DNA from: Burkholderiales bacterium
GTDB lineage: Bacteria > Pseudomonadota > Gammaproteobacteria > Burkholderiales > JBEEJL01
Assembly (NCBI GenBank): GCA_049698095.1
Contig: JBAVXA010000037.1
Coordinates: 1 to 59,521 of the forward strand
DNA length: 59,521 nucleotides
Direction: 5' to 3'
Shown piece after piece: positions 29,137-38,533 of the stretch (positions within the stretch are counted from its first letter, which is position 1; each line of letters opens with the position of its first letter). The notes under the pieces are model-generated. The model saw nothing but the letters and a program-made list of their open reading frames with translations, did no database searches and was not told where the DNA came from. The translations under genes and the position numbers were made by a program.

Positions 29137-29640
29137 ATGAATAAGCAGGCAAACCCGATCGGAAAATTTCGCCCAATTCAGCGCGAGCAACTGTTTCCGG
29201 AGAAAATTCATGATCCCTACATGCACCGCCTCAAACCGTCCGAGCCGACTGTATGCCCGGATTGCAGGGCGAATTTCAGCAAAGGCCGATGGCAATGGGG
29301 ACACTTCCAAGGGGATGCTCAGGAAGAATTATGCCCAGCTTGCCATCGTATTCGCGACAATTTCCCCGCAGGTTACGTCGCGCTTGAGGGCACGTTTTTT
29401 GCTGAGAACCGCGACGAAATTCTACATCTGGCGCGAAATGTGGAGGCACGCGAAAAAGCGGAACATCCGCTTGAGCGTATTATGGCCGTAGCGAACGCCG
29501 CTTCGGGTGTGTTGATCACTACCACAGGCATTCACCTTGCCCGCGATATTGGCGACGCGGCGAAGCATGCCTATCAGGGAAGCCTGGAGTTTCACTACAA
29601 CGACGACGAAAACCTGTTGCGGGTGCGTTGGTCGCGTTAG
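29137..29640 (+). CDS. Conserved hypothetical protein with two CxxC pairs (zinc-ribbon-like; resembles the 'BCAM0308 family')
   Basis: AGGAG RBS. CPDC...CPAC pairs in the N-terminal third. Conserved-looking C-terminal half (LITTTGIHLARDIGDAAKHAYQG). The family name is from memory only. Confidence 0.65.
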   Translation: MNKQANPIGKFRPIQREQLFPEKIHDPYMHRLKPSEPTVCPDCRANFSKGRWQWGHFQGDAQEELCPACHRIRDNFPAGYVALEGTFFAENRDEILHLARNVEAREKAEHPLERIMAVANAASGVLITTTGIHLARDIGDAAKHAYQGSLEFHYNDDENLLRVRWSR

Positions 29641-29765
29641 GTAAAACGTCAATTCGCAACGTTCGATGTGTCTTATGTGCCGCGACTTTATGAGAAGGCT
29701 GGTATATTGCGCAAAGCGGTAAGCGCCAAACCAATAGCAAGACTGTCATTACAGAAAGAAAAATC

Positions 29766-29939
29766 ATGATTAAAAATCGCCGCCGACGCCGCATATTATC
29801 GTTTGGCATGGTACTGCTTGGCGGCCTGCTGATATTTCTGGCGCCGGATGATGTTTGGATCGGTATCGTGCTTGCTCTTCTCGGCGTCGGCATCGAAGTC
29901 GCTGGTATTTTATTGGCTCACGATAATACGGGGAAATAA
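29766..29939 (+). CDS. Small (57 aa) two-helix membrane protein, not in the ORF track
   Basis: MIKNRRRRRILSFGMVLLGGLLIFLAPDDVWIGIVLALLGVGIEVAGILLAHDNTGK. Positive-inside N-terminus and two hydrophobic helices. Its TAA stop directly abuts the trxC ATG at 29940. Confidence 0.5.
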   Translation: MIKNRRRRRILSFGMVLLGGLLIFLAPDDVWIGIVLALLGVGIEVAGILLAHDNTGK

Positions 29940-30362
29940 ATGAACCTGGTTTGTCCGACTTGCGGGTCGCTAAATCGGGTTCTGGACGAGCGGCTGCAAG
30001 ACGAGCCGATCTGTGGCAGATGCAAGACCAGGCTATTGCCCGAGAGCCCGATCGCATTAGATGATATCAGCTTTGAACGATACGCCAACAGAAGCGAATT
30101 AATCCTCGTTGTCGATTTTTGGGCCGAATGGTGCGGTCCGTGCAAGTCCATGGCGCCCGAGTTTGCAAACGCGGCGAGCCAAATGCGCGGTCGAGCGTTG
30201 TTTGCAAAAGTTGATACCGAAGCTGCAGCGAAAACTTCTGTGCGCTTTAGAGTGCGCAGCATTCCCACCATGGTTTTAATGCGCGGCGGGAAGGAAATTG
30301 ACCGGGCCGTTGGCGCACGTTCCGCGCGCGAGATTACTGCCTGGGTGGAGCAACTGCGCTAG
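29940..30362 (+). CDS. trxC: Thioredoxin 2 (zinc-finger thioredoxin)
   Basis: N-terminal CPTC-x15-CGRC zinc finger followed by a thioredoxin fold with the WCGPC active site. Confidence 0.9.
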   Translation: MNLVCPTCGSLNRVLDERLQDEPICGRCKTRLLPESPIALDDISFERYANRSELILVVDFWAEWCGPCKSMAPEFANAASQMRGRALFAKVDTEAAAKTSVRFRVRSIPTMVLMRGGKEIDRAVGARSAREITAWVEQLR

Positions 30363-30408
30363 GTCTGCGGCACTATTTGTATTTACAGAATAATAAAGGA
30401 TATTACTC

Positions 30409-30852
30409 ATGGCAGGAATCGAAAACTTACATCTACGGCAAATTGAGAACTATCGGTTTGAAGTCATATTCAACACCAGCCAGGCTCCGTTTATAGTCGA
30501 TGAAGCGCCGCCTTTAGGCGATGGAGTGGGCCCTACTCCGGTTCAGTTGCTCACCGCAGCGATTGCCAACTGTTTATCGGCATCAATACTTTTTGCGCTG
30601 CGCAAGTTCAAGCTTGATCCAGGCACTGTTAGCGCAGATGCTTTTGCTAGCGTCGGACGTAATGCGGAAAACTTATTACGTGTGCAAAAAATTACCGTGA
30701 ATCTTAAGTTGGGCAAGTCTGCCGCATCATTTGACTACCTTGACCGGGTGCTGACGCAGTTTGAAAAATATTGCACGGTAACGCAAAGCATCAATCAGTC
30801 GATTGCTGTAGAGGTTTCCGTTTTCGACGTTAACGGAAAAAAGCTGAAATAA
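30409..30852 (+). CDS. OsmC/Ohr-family peroxiredoxin-like protein
   Basis: Two conserved Cys contexts (AAIANCLSASI and FEKYCTVTQS) at OsmC-like spacing. Confidence 0.8.
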   Translation: MAGIENLHLRQIENYRFEVIFNTSQAPFIVDEAPPLGDGVGPTPVQLLTAAIANCLSASILFALRKFKLDPGTVSADAFASVGRNAENLLRVQKITVNLKLGKSAASFDYLDRVLTQFEKYCTVTQSINQSIAVEVSVFDVNGKKLK

Positions 30853-30962
30853 TTCCCATGCCGTCCATTTGTTTGAATTGCCGAAACGTGTAAACGAACT
30901 ATCGGCTATGCCAGCGCAACACCGTGAACGACATAAGCCGCCTGCGCCGCGCCTGCAGCTTG

Positions 30963-31535
30963 TCAGGTCTGGTTTTCGCGCTTTCGCCACTCACGAATAA
31001 TATATACAAGCCAAACCATAATCCCGCCAATCGACAGCGTCAGAAAAGCCCGGCCTTCGTATTGTCGCAGTTCGCCCAGAAGCAGCGTCATGGCATTTCC
31101 AAAAACATAGCCAAGACCCGCGATCAGAATAGCCCAAACCACCGCGCCAAGCAGGTTCAGGATCAAATAGCGGAGCCACGACACGTCGGTCATTCCCAGC
31201 GCGATCGGGCCGGCAATCCGCAGGCCATACAGAAATCGTAAGGAAAGAATGACAGGCACATGATATAGGTCCAGCAATTTCCGAAAGCGCTCGACCCGCT
31301 TATTCAGGCCTGGAAACCGGCCGGTCAGACGATTCCCATAGCGCCGGCCAAGAAAAAAATATAATTGATCGCCCATGAAGCTGGCCAGACACGCGATTGC
31401 CATGACGCCGGGCAGAGACAAATAACCGCGGTGCGCGGCGAAGCCGGCAAGCAGCAGAATCGTCTCTCCTTCAAGAAAGGTTCCGACAAAAACGGCTATA
31501 TAGCCGTAGGATTGAATCAGTTCAGTTAAATTCAC
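30963..31535 (-). CDS. DedA-family membrane protein
   Basis: IAVFVGTFLEGETILLLAG and FLGRRYG motifs. GTG 31535 (VNLTELIQSYGY...) gives a family-typical N-terminus. The ORF stays open up to 31682, so the start is uncertain. Confidence 0.8.
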   Translation of the reverse strand: MNLTELIQSYGYIAVFVGTFLEGETILLLAGFAAHRGYLSLPGVMAIACLASFMGDQLYFFLGRRYGNRLTGRFPGLNKRVERFRKLLDLYHVPVILSLRFLYGLRIAGPIALGMTDVSWLRYLILNLLGAVVWAILIAGLGYVFGNAMTLLLGELRQYEGRAFLTLSIGGIMVWLVYIIREWRKRENQT

Positions 31536-31710
31536 GAATTGTATTTCGGCCTCGGGATGACTTTTTTCGGTGAATAAGCAGAATTGCCGATCTTTTACAG
31601 AATACCAATGAAACGACAGTTGAAGTTCACAGTAAAATCTTTTTTTCATGCTGAGCAGGTCTTCCCCCATGCCCGAAAGCATGGTTAATCCGGGTCACTC
31701 ATAGTAGTAT

Positions 31711-33444
31711 TTGCCACAATATGATAATTCTATCGTCGTCACTCAAGTGATCGCACTGCTGGACGCCCATCGCGCTGGCCTGCTGCGGCGTGACCACTGG
31801 CTACCCAATATTATTTCCGGTGTCATTGTTGGCGTCGTAGCGCTGCCGCTCGCGATGGCGTTTGCAATCGCCTCAGGCGCCAAGCCGGAACAAGGGCTTT
31901 ATACGGCAATCGTGGCCGGTCTGCTGGTATCGATATTTGGCGGGAGCCGCTTGCAGATCGCCGGGCCGACCGGTGCATTTATCGTAATCCTCGCCGGCGT
32001 TACCGCAAAACACGGCATTGACGGCCTGCAGATTGCCACTATGCTGGCAGGAATCATGTTATTGCTGCTAGGGATCGCTCGCCTTGGTGCAATCATCAAG
32101 TTCATCCCCGATCCGGTCATTGTCGGCTTCACTGCCGGGATAGGGGTGATCATCTGGGTGGGACAATGGAAGGATTTCTTCGGCTTACCGCCTGTGGCGG
32201 GACAACATTTTCACGATAAATTGTGGTTACAGTTGCAGGCACTGCCGCAATTTCACCCTGCCACCACGGTGCTCGCAACATTTTCGTTGCTGGCGGTTAT
32301 TTTCACACCGAGGTTGCCATTGATTAAACGCGTGCCGGGGCCGCTGGTAGCGCTGGTTGCTGCGACGGCATTGCAATCCTTGTTCCATTTTGACGGGGTC
32401 GCCACGATCGGCAGCGCGTTTGGAGGGATCCCGCGTGGGTTGCCCACATTGCATTGGCCGGAAATCACCGCAGCCCGGGTGATCGAATTGATTGGTCCGG
32501 CATTCACTATTGCGATGCTAGGCGCAATCGAGTCTTTGCTGTCTGCCGTAGTGGCGGACGGAATGGCGGGCACTCGACATGACTCGAATCAGGAACTGAT
32601 CGGACAGGGGATTGCCAACATTGCCGCGCCCTTATTCGGCGGCTTTGCCGCGACCGGCGCGCTCGCCCGCACTGCCACCAACGTTCGCAACGGCGGCACC
32701 AGCCCGCTGGCCGGAATAGCGCATGTGGTTACGCTTGTTCTGATCGTATTATTCCTGGCGCCGCTGGCCGTTCACGTTCCGCTGGCCGTCCTGGCGGCTA
32801 TCCTGTTTGTTGTTGCGTGGAATATGAGTGAAGCAAGGCACTTCGTCAAAATGGTCAAGCGCGCACCACGTGCCGACGTGGCTATTCTGCTGGTGACATT
32901 CGGCCTGACGGTATTTGCGGATTTGGTAGTGGCAGTCAATATCGGTGTGATTCTGGCTACCCTTCAATTCCTGCGGCGCATGGCGGCGAGCGTTGAGGTA
33001 CGCGAGGCGACCGAACAGGAGCTGAAAAACGAATTTGCCAGCTACGGTTTTACCTCATTGCCGCCAGGCGTTCTGGTTTATCTGGTCGAAGGGCCGTTCT
33101 TTTTCGGTGCCGTCGAGAATTTTGAGCGTGCGCTGGCAAGCACGCATACGGACCCGCATGTTTTGATTATTCGGCTGCTGCGTGTGCCCTTCATTGACAT
33201 CACCGGCCTGCAGACTCTGGAGGAAGTGATTCAGGATCTGCACAGGCGGAACGTGCGCGTGATGTTGACCGAGGCGAATTCACGCATACAAAACAAATTG
33301 AAAAAAGCCGGGATTATTGACCTCGTCAGAGCGGAAAATGTCTTCGATCAATTCCCCGCCTCTGTTGCTGCTTCCGCTGATCCCGCCCGACTTTCTTCGT
33401 ACCCGATAAACTCCGCGCCAGCATCGCCAAAAGACAACCACTAG
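31711..33444 (+). CDS. SulP-family anion permease with C-terminal STAS domain
   Basis: Polytopic N-terminal domain (GVIVGVVALPLAMAFAIASGA...) and STAS domain (LVYLVEGPFFFGAVENFERAL...IIRLLRVPFIDITGLQTLEEV). TTG start, so the start is uncertain. Confidence 0.9.
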   Translation: MPQYDNSIVVTQVIALLDAHRAGLLRRDHWLPNIISGVIVGVVALPLAMAFAIASGAKPEQGLYTAIVAGLLVSIFGGSRLQIAGPTGAFIVILAGVTAKHGIDGLQIATMLAGIMLLLLGIARLGAIIKFIPDPVIVGFTAGIGVIIWVGQWKDFFGLPPVAGQHFHDKLWLQLQALPQFHPATTVLATFSLLAVIFTPRLPLIKRVPGPLVALVAATALQSLFHFDGVATIGSAFGGIPRGLPTLHWPEITAARVIELIGPAFTIAMLGAIESLLSAVVADGMAGTRHDSNQELIGQGIANIAAPLFGGFAATGALARTATNVRNGGTSPLAGIAHVVTLVLIVLFLAPLAVHVPLAVLAAILFVVAWNMSEARHFVKMVKRAPRADVAILLVTFGLTVFADLVVAVNIGVILATLQFLRRMAASVEVREATEQELKNEFASYGFTSLPPGVLVYLVEGPFFFGAVENFERALASTHTDPHVLIIRLLRVPFIDITGLQTLEEVIQDLHRRNVRVMLTEANSRIQNKLKKAGIIDLVRAENVFDQFPASVAASADPARLSSYPINSAPASPKDNH

Positions 33445-33685
33445 CGATGCCTTTTGGGCGTAAATTCCGTGGCGCGTCTGCTCAATGCAGGGCTTGCATG
33501 CCAGTAATGTTGTCCGCGCCGCTTCCGCACACCGCCTGATCTCGGAACCGACGGTAGGAATTTTCCTACGCCTCCCCCCTTTTCTTCCGATGCAAATTTC
33601 AGCATTCGCTGAATGATTTCTGCAAAACCGCCGGCCATACTGGATGCACAAGCCGGATCTGGCAGGGTTTTCGCAGGGAGAAAAT

Positions 33686-34060
33686 ATGAACGTATATCTG
33701 GTCGAAGATTCTGAACTGGTTCGCCAGCGGCTCAGGGCAATGGTGAACGATATCAGCGGCATGTGCGTCACGGGTGAGGCCGAAACACCCATGCGCGCGA
33801 TCGATTCCATTGTGCGCACCAAGCCCGACGCGGTAGTCCTCGATATTGGATTGGTTGGCGGCAGCGGAATGTCTGTTCTGCGCCAGGTGCATGAACTTGA
33901 GCCGCTGTTACCCTTTATCGTATTGACGAATTATTTCAGTCAGGAGTTTGGGCGGGAGTGTTTGCGTGCCGGGGCAAAATATTTTTTCGATAAAACCAAC
34001 GAATTCGAGAAGATTGGAAGTGCGTTGGTTCAGATTGCAACATCAAAAACAGCGAATTAA
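33686..34060 (+). CDS. Stand-alone response-regulator receiver (CheY-like)
   Basis: MNVYLVEDSELVRQRL..., phospho-acceptor context DAVVLDIGL, and a T/K pair (IVLTN..., AKYFFDK). No output domain. GGGAG RBS before ATG 33686. Confidence 0.85.
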   Translation: MNVYLVEDSELVRQRLRAMVNDISGMCVTGEAETPMRAIDSIVRTKPDAVVLDIGLVGGSGMSVLRQVHELEPLLPFIVLTNYFSQEFGRECLRAGAKYFFDKTNEFEKIGSALVQIATSKTAN

Positions 34061-34088
34061 TTAATATTATTTCATCCAGGAGAAGGCC

Positions 34089-34892
34089 ATGTTTTCGAAT
34101 GCCACGATTTCATCAGCACACAGCACGACCGCTACTCCCTTACGTAACGCACGAAGCAAAAACGACGCCGCGCCAGTGGCGCCGAATCCCGAATTGACGA
34201 CAAAATGCTCAAATTGCCATATGCGGCAGATTTGTCTGCCGCCAGATCTTTCCGCCTCTGAGCAGGAACAGCTTGACTCGCTGGTAACTATACACAAACG
34301 GATTGCCAAGGGAGAGTCGCTGTACCGTGAAACGGAGAAATTCGACTCCCTTTATGCAGTTCGCAGCGGTTTTTTCAAAACCACCGTGCTGATTGCAGAT
34401 GGACGCGATCAGGTCACCGGTTTTCATATGGCAGGCGATCTTATGGGGTTGGACGGATTAAGCAGCGGCAGCCATTCCTGCGATGCCGTGGCGTTAGAAG
34501 ATTCCGAAGTATGCGTGATTCCGTTCCGCCAGTACGAAAAATTGAGCCGTAAGGTCGAATCGCTGCACCAGCACCTGTATAAAATGTTGAGCCGCGAAAT
34601 CGTGCGCGATTACAGCATGATGTTGCTGCTCGGAACCATGCGCGCTGAGGAGCGTCTGGCGGCCTTTTTGCTCAATCTCGCCGAGCGCTTTACCGCTCGA
34701 GGCTATTCGCCGCGCGAATTTAATCTGCGCATGACGCGCGAAGAGATCGGCAGTTATCTTGGTCTCAAGCTCGAAACGGTCAGTCGCATGTTTTCCAAAT
34801 TTCATGACGAGGGGCTGGTCAATGCGCAACAGAAAAATATCAACATCCTGGATGCGGCCAAGCTACAGAAAGTCATTGGCGATTGTCATTGA
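34089..34892 (+). CDS. fnr: FNR/ANR-type oxygen-sensing Crp-family transcription regulator
   Basis: N-terminal C-x2-C-x5-C (KCSNCHMRQIC) plus a fourth Cys in EVCVIPF, which are the [4Fe-4S] ligands. cNMP-like barrel. HTH with the FNR-specific E--SR (GLKLETVSRMFSKF). Confidence 0.9.
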   Translation: MFSNATISSAHSTTATPLRNARSKNDAAPVAPNPELTTKCSNCHMRQICLPPDLSASEQEQLDSLVTIHKRIAKGESLYRETEKFDSLYAVRSGFFKTTVLIADGRDQVTGFHMAGDLMGLDGLSSGSHSCDAVALEDSEVCVIPFRQYEKLSRKVESLHQHLYKMLSREIVRDYSMMLLLGTMRAEERLAAFLLNLAERFTARGYSPREFNLRMTREEIGSYLGLKLETVSRMFSKFHDEGLVNAQQKNINILDAAKLQKVIGDCH

Positions 34893-34936
34893 TCGCGGCT
34901 GGCTGGATTGACGGGGATACCAATTTGAACAGAATA

Positions 34937-35230
34937 ATGAACGTCGTTGCCATGCTTGTCATCGTGCCCACGCCGGCATGGGCCGGTGATGCGGAACGCG
35001 GAAAGAGCCTGCACGATTCCCAATGCATACGCTGCCATGACGTGAAAATGTATCAGCGCGAGCAACACCGTGCCCACGACTGGAACAGCCTGCAGGGCGT
35101 CGTCGATCACTGGCAGAAAGAAATAAAGGCACAGTGGACGCCCGCGGATATTGACGACGTCACGACCTATCTCAACCAACAGTTTTTTCGTTTTCCGCCG
35201 CCGGTCAAGATAAGCAAAGCGGGTAATTAA
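34937..35230 (+). CDS. Small exported c-type cytochrome
   Basis: Short signal peptide [16 protein letters not shown], then [18 protein letters not shown] (CxxCH). The stop overlaps the ABC ATPase ATG (TAATG). Confidence 0.6.
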   Translation: MNVVAMLVIVPTPAWAGDAERGKSLHDSQCIRCHDVKMYQREQHRAHDWNSLQGVVDHWQKEIKAQWTPADIDDVTTYLNQQFFRFPPPVKISKAGN

Positions 35231-35946
35231 TGCAGCGCGAGCGCGAATCGGTATTCGTCGCGCGCGGATTGACCAAGATCTATCACATGGGCGAAGTGGA
35301 AGTGCACGCCCTGCGAGCCGTCGATCTGGAAATCTTTGAAGGCGAATTCATCGTATTGCTCGGTCCCTCCGGCAGCGGCAAATCCACGCTGCTGAATATT
35401 CTGGGTGGTCTCGACACGCCGACCAGCGGCACGACATTCTGGCGCGACCATGACCTGGCATGCGCCGATGAAGCGGAACTGACGCGCTACCGCCGCGAAC
35501 ATGTCGGTTTCGTATTTCAGTTCTACAACCTGATCCCCAGCCTGACCGTGCGCGAGAACGTTGCGCTGGTAACGGATATTTCGCTTAAACCGATGGATGT
35601 GGATGAAGCGATCGATCTGGTTGGATTGATGCCACGCGCCGATCATTTTCCTTCGCAATTGTCGGGCGGCGAACAACAGCGTGTGGCGATTGCACGCGCG
35701 ATTGCCAAAAGCCCGGATGTGCTGTTGTGCGACGAACCGACCGGCGCGCTGGATTATGTGACCGGCAAGGTCGTGTTGGAGGTGATTGCAAAGATCAATC
35801 AGGAGTTGGGCACTACCGCAGTCGTCATTACGCATAATGCCTCGATAGCAGGGATGGCCGATCGCGTTTTGCGACTCAATGACGGGCGCATCACGTCGGT
35901 GGAAATCAATTCCAATAAGGTGACGCCCTCACAGCTTTCATGGTGA
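35230..35946 (+). CDS. ABC transporter ATP-binding protein (MacB/LolD-type)
   Basis: Walker [10 protein letters not shown], signature [14 protein letters not shown], Walker [12 protein letters not shown]. Confidence 0.95.
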   Translation: MQRERESVFVARGLTKIYHMGEVEVHALRAVDLEIFEGEFIVLLGPSGSGKSTLLNILGGLDTPTSGTTFWRDHDLACADEAELTRYRREHVGFVFQFYNLIPSLTVRENVALVTDISLKPMDVDEAIDLVGLMPRADHFPSQLSGGEQQRVAIARAIAKSPDVLLCDEPTGALDYVTGKVVLEVIAKINQELGTTAVVITHNASIAGMADRVLRLNDGRITSVEINSNKVTPSQLSW

Positions 35947-36141
35947 ATTAGTCAATAAAAACAATAAGATATATATATGAAAGTCATGCTGCCGAGAAAA
36001 TGCAAAAGGAGCACGGTACAGATTGTCGAACGGATACGCTTTCCTGATCTGTGCCGCATTGATATTTACCTGTACTGGAGATTTGAATAATTCGCTGCGC
36101 CTGATCCGGCGACGGTTCTTCGGGTTGGAATAAAACACAAA

Positions 36142-38502
36142 ATGAAAGCGATCAACCGCAAGTTACTGCGCGATCTGTGGAGTATGAAAAGCCAGGTGAT
36201 CACCATCGCGCTGGTGGTGGCCGCCGGCATGGCGGGCGTCATCGGCCCGGTATCGACTTACGATTCATTGCAGTCACTGCTGACTGGTTATTACGAGGAG
36301 GCGCGCTTCGCCCAGGTATTTGCTGAGCTCAAACGCGCGCCGAAAGCGGTGGAACAATCCATCGCACGTATCCCCGGTGTCGCCGACGTGGAAACCACGT
36401 TAGCGTTTGACGTCGTGCTCGACCTGCCGGGGGTCAATCAACCGGTGATCGGGCGGCTGATCGGTTTGGCGGATGCAACGCAACCAAGACTCAATCAGCT
36501 TTTTATTCGTCGTGGACGAATGGTGGAAGCAGGCCACGCCGGCGAGGTGGTGATATCCGAAGCCTTCGCCAAGACGCACAAACTGGCCCCCGGCTCGCAC
36601 ATCGACGCCGTGTTGAACGGCAGGCGACAAACTTTTGATATTGTCGGCATCGGCCTGTCGCCCGAATACGTCTTCGGTACTGCCGGCGGCGCCTTCCCTG
36701 ACGATAGCGGGTTCGGCGTTTTGTGGCTGGATCGCGCGCAGCTCGCCGCCACGTATAACATGGAGGGTGCGTTTAACCGCGTGGCAATCCGGCTGTCGCC
36801 CGGTGCGTCGGAGCGGGCGATTATCGATGAGATCGATAGATTGCTTGAGCCCTTCGGCGGTCTGCATGCCTATGGCCGTGCCGATCAGATATCGAATAAA
36901 ATCATCAGCCAGGAGATCAACCAGCAGAAAATCATGGGTACCACGCTGCCGATTCCGTTTTTCGGGGTAGCGGCATTTCTGCTCAATGTCGTTCTCGCGC
37001 GGATCGTCGCCACCCAGCGCGAACAAATTGCCGCGCTCAAAGCCCTGGGTTATTCCAATGCCGACATCGCCGCGCATTACCTGAAGTTTGTATTACTGAT
37101 CGTGGTCGTCGGCATGGCCGTCGGCATCGGCTTCGGCGCCTGGTTCGGAAATTACATGACGGCCATGTATGCAGATTTTTTTCACTTCCCTTACCTGACC
37201 TATCATTTGCAACCTTGGATCGTAATATCTGCGGCCACGGTTAGCCTTATCGCTGCGGTCGGCGGTAGCCTTGCGACCGTTCGGCGAGTAGTGAAGCTTG
37301 CGCCTGCCGAAGCCATGCGCCCGCCCTACCCGCCGCGCTACAGAAAGTTGTTGCTCGAACGGATGGGGCTTACCCATTGGTTGTCGCCCGCAACGCGTAT
37401 GGTGGCGCGAAACCTGGAGCGTCGACCGCTGCGCGCGCTGATTACCGTTGCCGGAATCGCCAGCGCGGTCGGCGTGTTGATTTCCGGTACATTCTGGAAC
37501 GACTCGCTCGAATACCTGATCGATTCCCAATTTCGGGTGACGCAGGTAGCAGATGCCGACGTCGCGTTGATCGAACCAACTGCAGCCAACGTGGAGACGG
37601 ATATCAGCCGCCTTCCCGGCGTCATGCAGACCGAAGGGGCACGCTATGTTGCGGTAAAGCTCGTTGCGGGGCACCGAAGTTATCGCACATTGATCCAAGG
37701 ACTGCCCCGGCAGGCTCAACTAAAAAGGCTGCTCGACGATAACCTGCAGGAGGTGACGCTACCGGCCGATGGCTTGTTGCTTGCCAAGCGGCTGGCCGAT
37801 CGTCTGGGCGTGCGAACCGGGGACACAATCTGGGTCGAAACGCTGCAAGGTAAGCGCCGTCAGCGCGAGCTGACTGTCGCGGGTACTGTCGGTGAGTTGA
37901 TCGGCATGTCGGTTTACATGGATATCGATTCATTGAACCGGCTCATGGGCGAGGCGCCATCTGTGTCGAGCGTGGCGGTGACGCTCGACCGTACGCGCGA
38001 GGCGGAGTTTTTTGCTGCAACGAAAAAACATCCGCGCATCGCCACGGTGGCAAGCAAATCCGCCATGCTGAAGAGTTTTAAGGAAAATTCGGCAAAAAAT
38101 ATCCTGTTTTTCACCACTGTGTTTACCGGTTTCGCCGCTGTCATTGCGTTCGGCGTGGTCTATAATGCCGCGCGTATTACGCTGGCCGAACGCGCATGGG
38201 AACTGGCCAGTTTGCGCGTACTCGGCTTTACTCGCGGCGAGGTGTCGATATTTCTGCTCGGCGAGCTGGCAATCGAAATCGCGATCGGCATTCCGCTCGG
38301 CTTACCCTTCGGTTATTTCATTGCCTGGGGCCTGATTCAACTTATGCCCCACGACACGATGTCGCTGCCCATTATTATCCACGCATCGACGTATGCTTAT
38401 GCCGCCGTCGCGATACTAATCGCAGGCCTTATCAGCGCGCTGGTGGTGCGCAATCGAATCGACCGGCTGGACATGGTCGGTGTATTGAAAACACGAGAAT
38501 AA
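36142..38502 (+). CDS. FtsX-like ABC permease with duplicated FtsX/MacB domains (YbbP type)
   Basis: 786 aa. Two repeats, each an N-terminal TM, a large periplasmic domain and three TMs. FtsX-type loops (REQIAALKALGYS and ERAWELASLRVLGFT). Confidence 0.9.
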   Translation: MKAINRKLLRDLWSMKSQVITIALVVAAGMAGVIGPVSTYDSLQSLLTGYYEEARFAQVFAELKRAPKAVEQSIARIPGVADVETTLAFDVVLDLPGVNQPVIGRLIGLADATQPRLNQLFIRRGRMVEAGHAGEVVISEAFAKTHKLAPGSHIDAVLNGRRQTFDIVGIGLSPEYVFGTAGGAFPDDSGFGVLWLDRAQLAATYNMEGAFNRVAIRLSPGASERAIIDEIDRLLEPFGGLHAYGRADQISNKIISQEINQQKIMGTTLPIPFFGVAAFLLNVVLARIVATQREQIAALKALGYSNADIAAHYLKFVLLIVVVGMAVGIGFGAWFGNYMTAMYADFFHFPYLTYHLQPWIVISAATVSLIAAVGGSLATVRRVVKLAPAEAMRPPYPPRYRKLLLERMGLTHWLSPATRMVARNLERRPLRALITVAGIASAVGVLISGTFWNDSLEYLIDSQFRVTQVADADVALIEPTAANVETDISRLPGVMQTEGARYVAVKLVAGHRSYRTLIQGLPRQAQLKRLLDDNLQEVTLPADGLLLAKRLADRLGVRTGDTIWVETLQGKRRQRELTVAGTVGELIGMSVYMDIDSLNRLMGEAPSVSSVAVTLDRTREAEFFAATKKHPRIATVASKSAMLKSFKENSAKNILFFTTVFTGFAAVIAFGVVYNAARITLAERAWELASLRVLGFTRGEVSIFLLGELAIEIAIGIPLGLPFGYFIAWGLIQLMPHDTMSLPIIIHASTYAYAAVAILIAGLISALVVRNRIDRLDMVGVLKTRE

Positions 38503-38533
38503 TCATGATAGAAGTCATTTTTCGAGGTTTGCC

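Noticed and set aside
28999-29310. 103-aa minus-strand ORF overlapping the FNR box and the start of the 29137 gene
   Set aside because: It overlaps a better-supported plus-strand gene that has an AGGAG RBS. There is no RBS or motif for the minus-strand frame.
35938-36138. ORFs in the ATPase-permease gap: a 66-aa minus-strand ORF and a 37-aa plus-strand ORF (35977-36090, MKVMLPRKCKRSTVQIVERIRFPDLCRIDIYLYWRFE)
   Set aside because: Neither has a Shine-Dalgarno sequence or a recognisable motif. The region is AT-rich spacer. A small regulatory peptide cannot be excluded, but there is no positive evidence.
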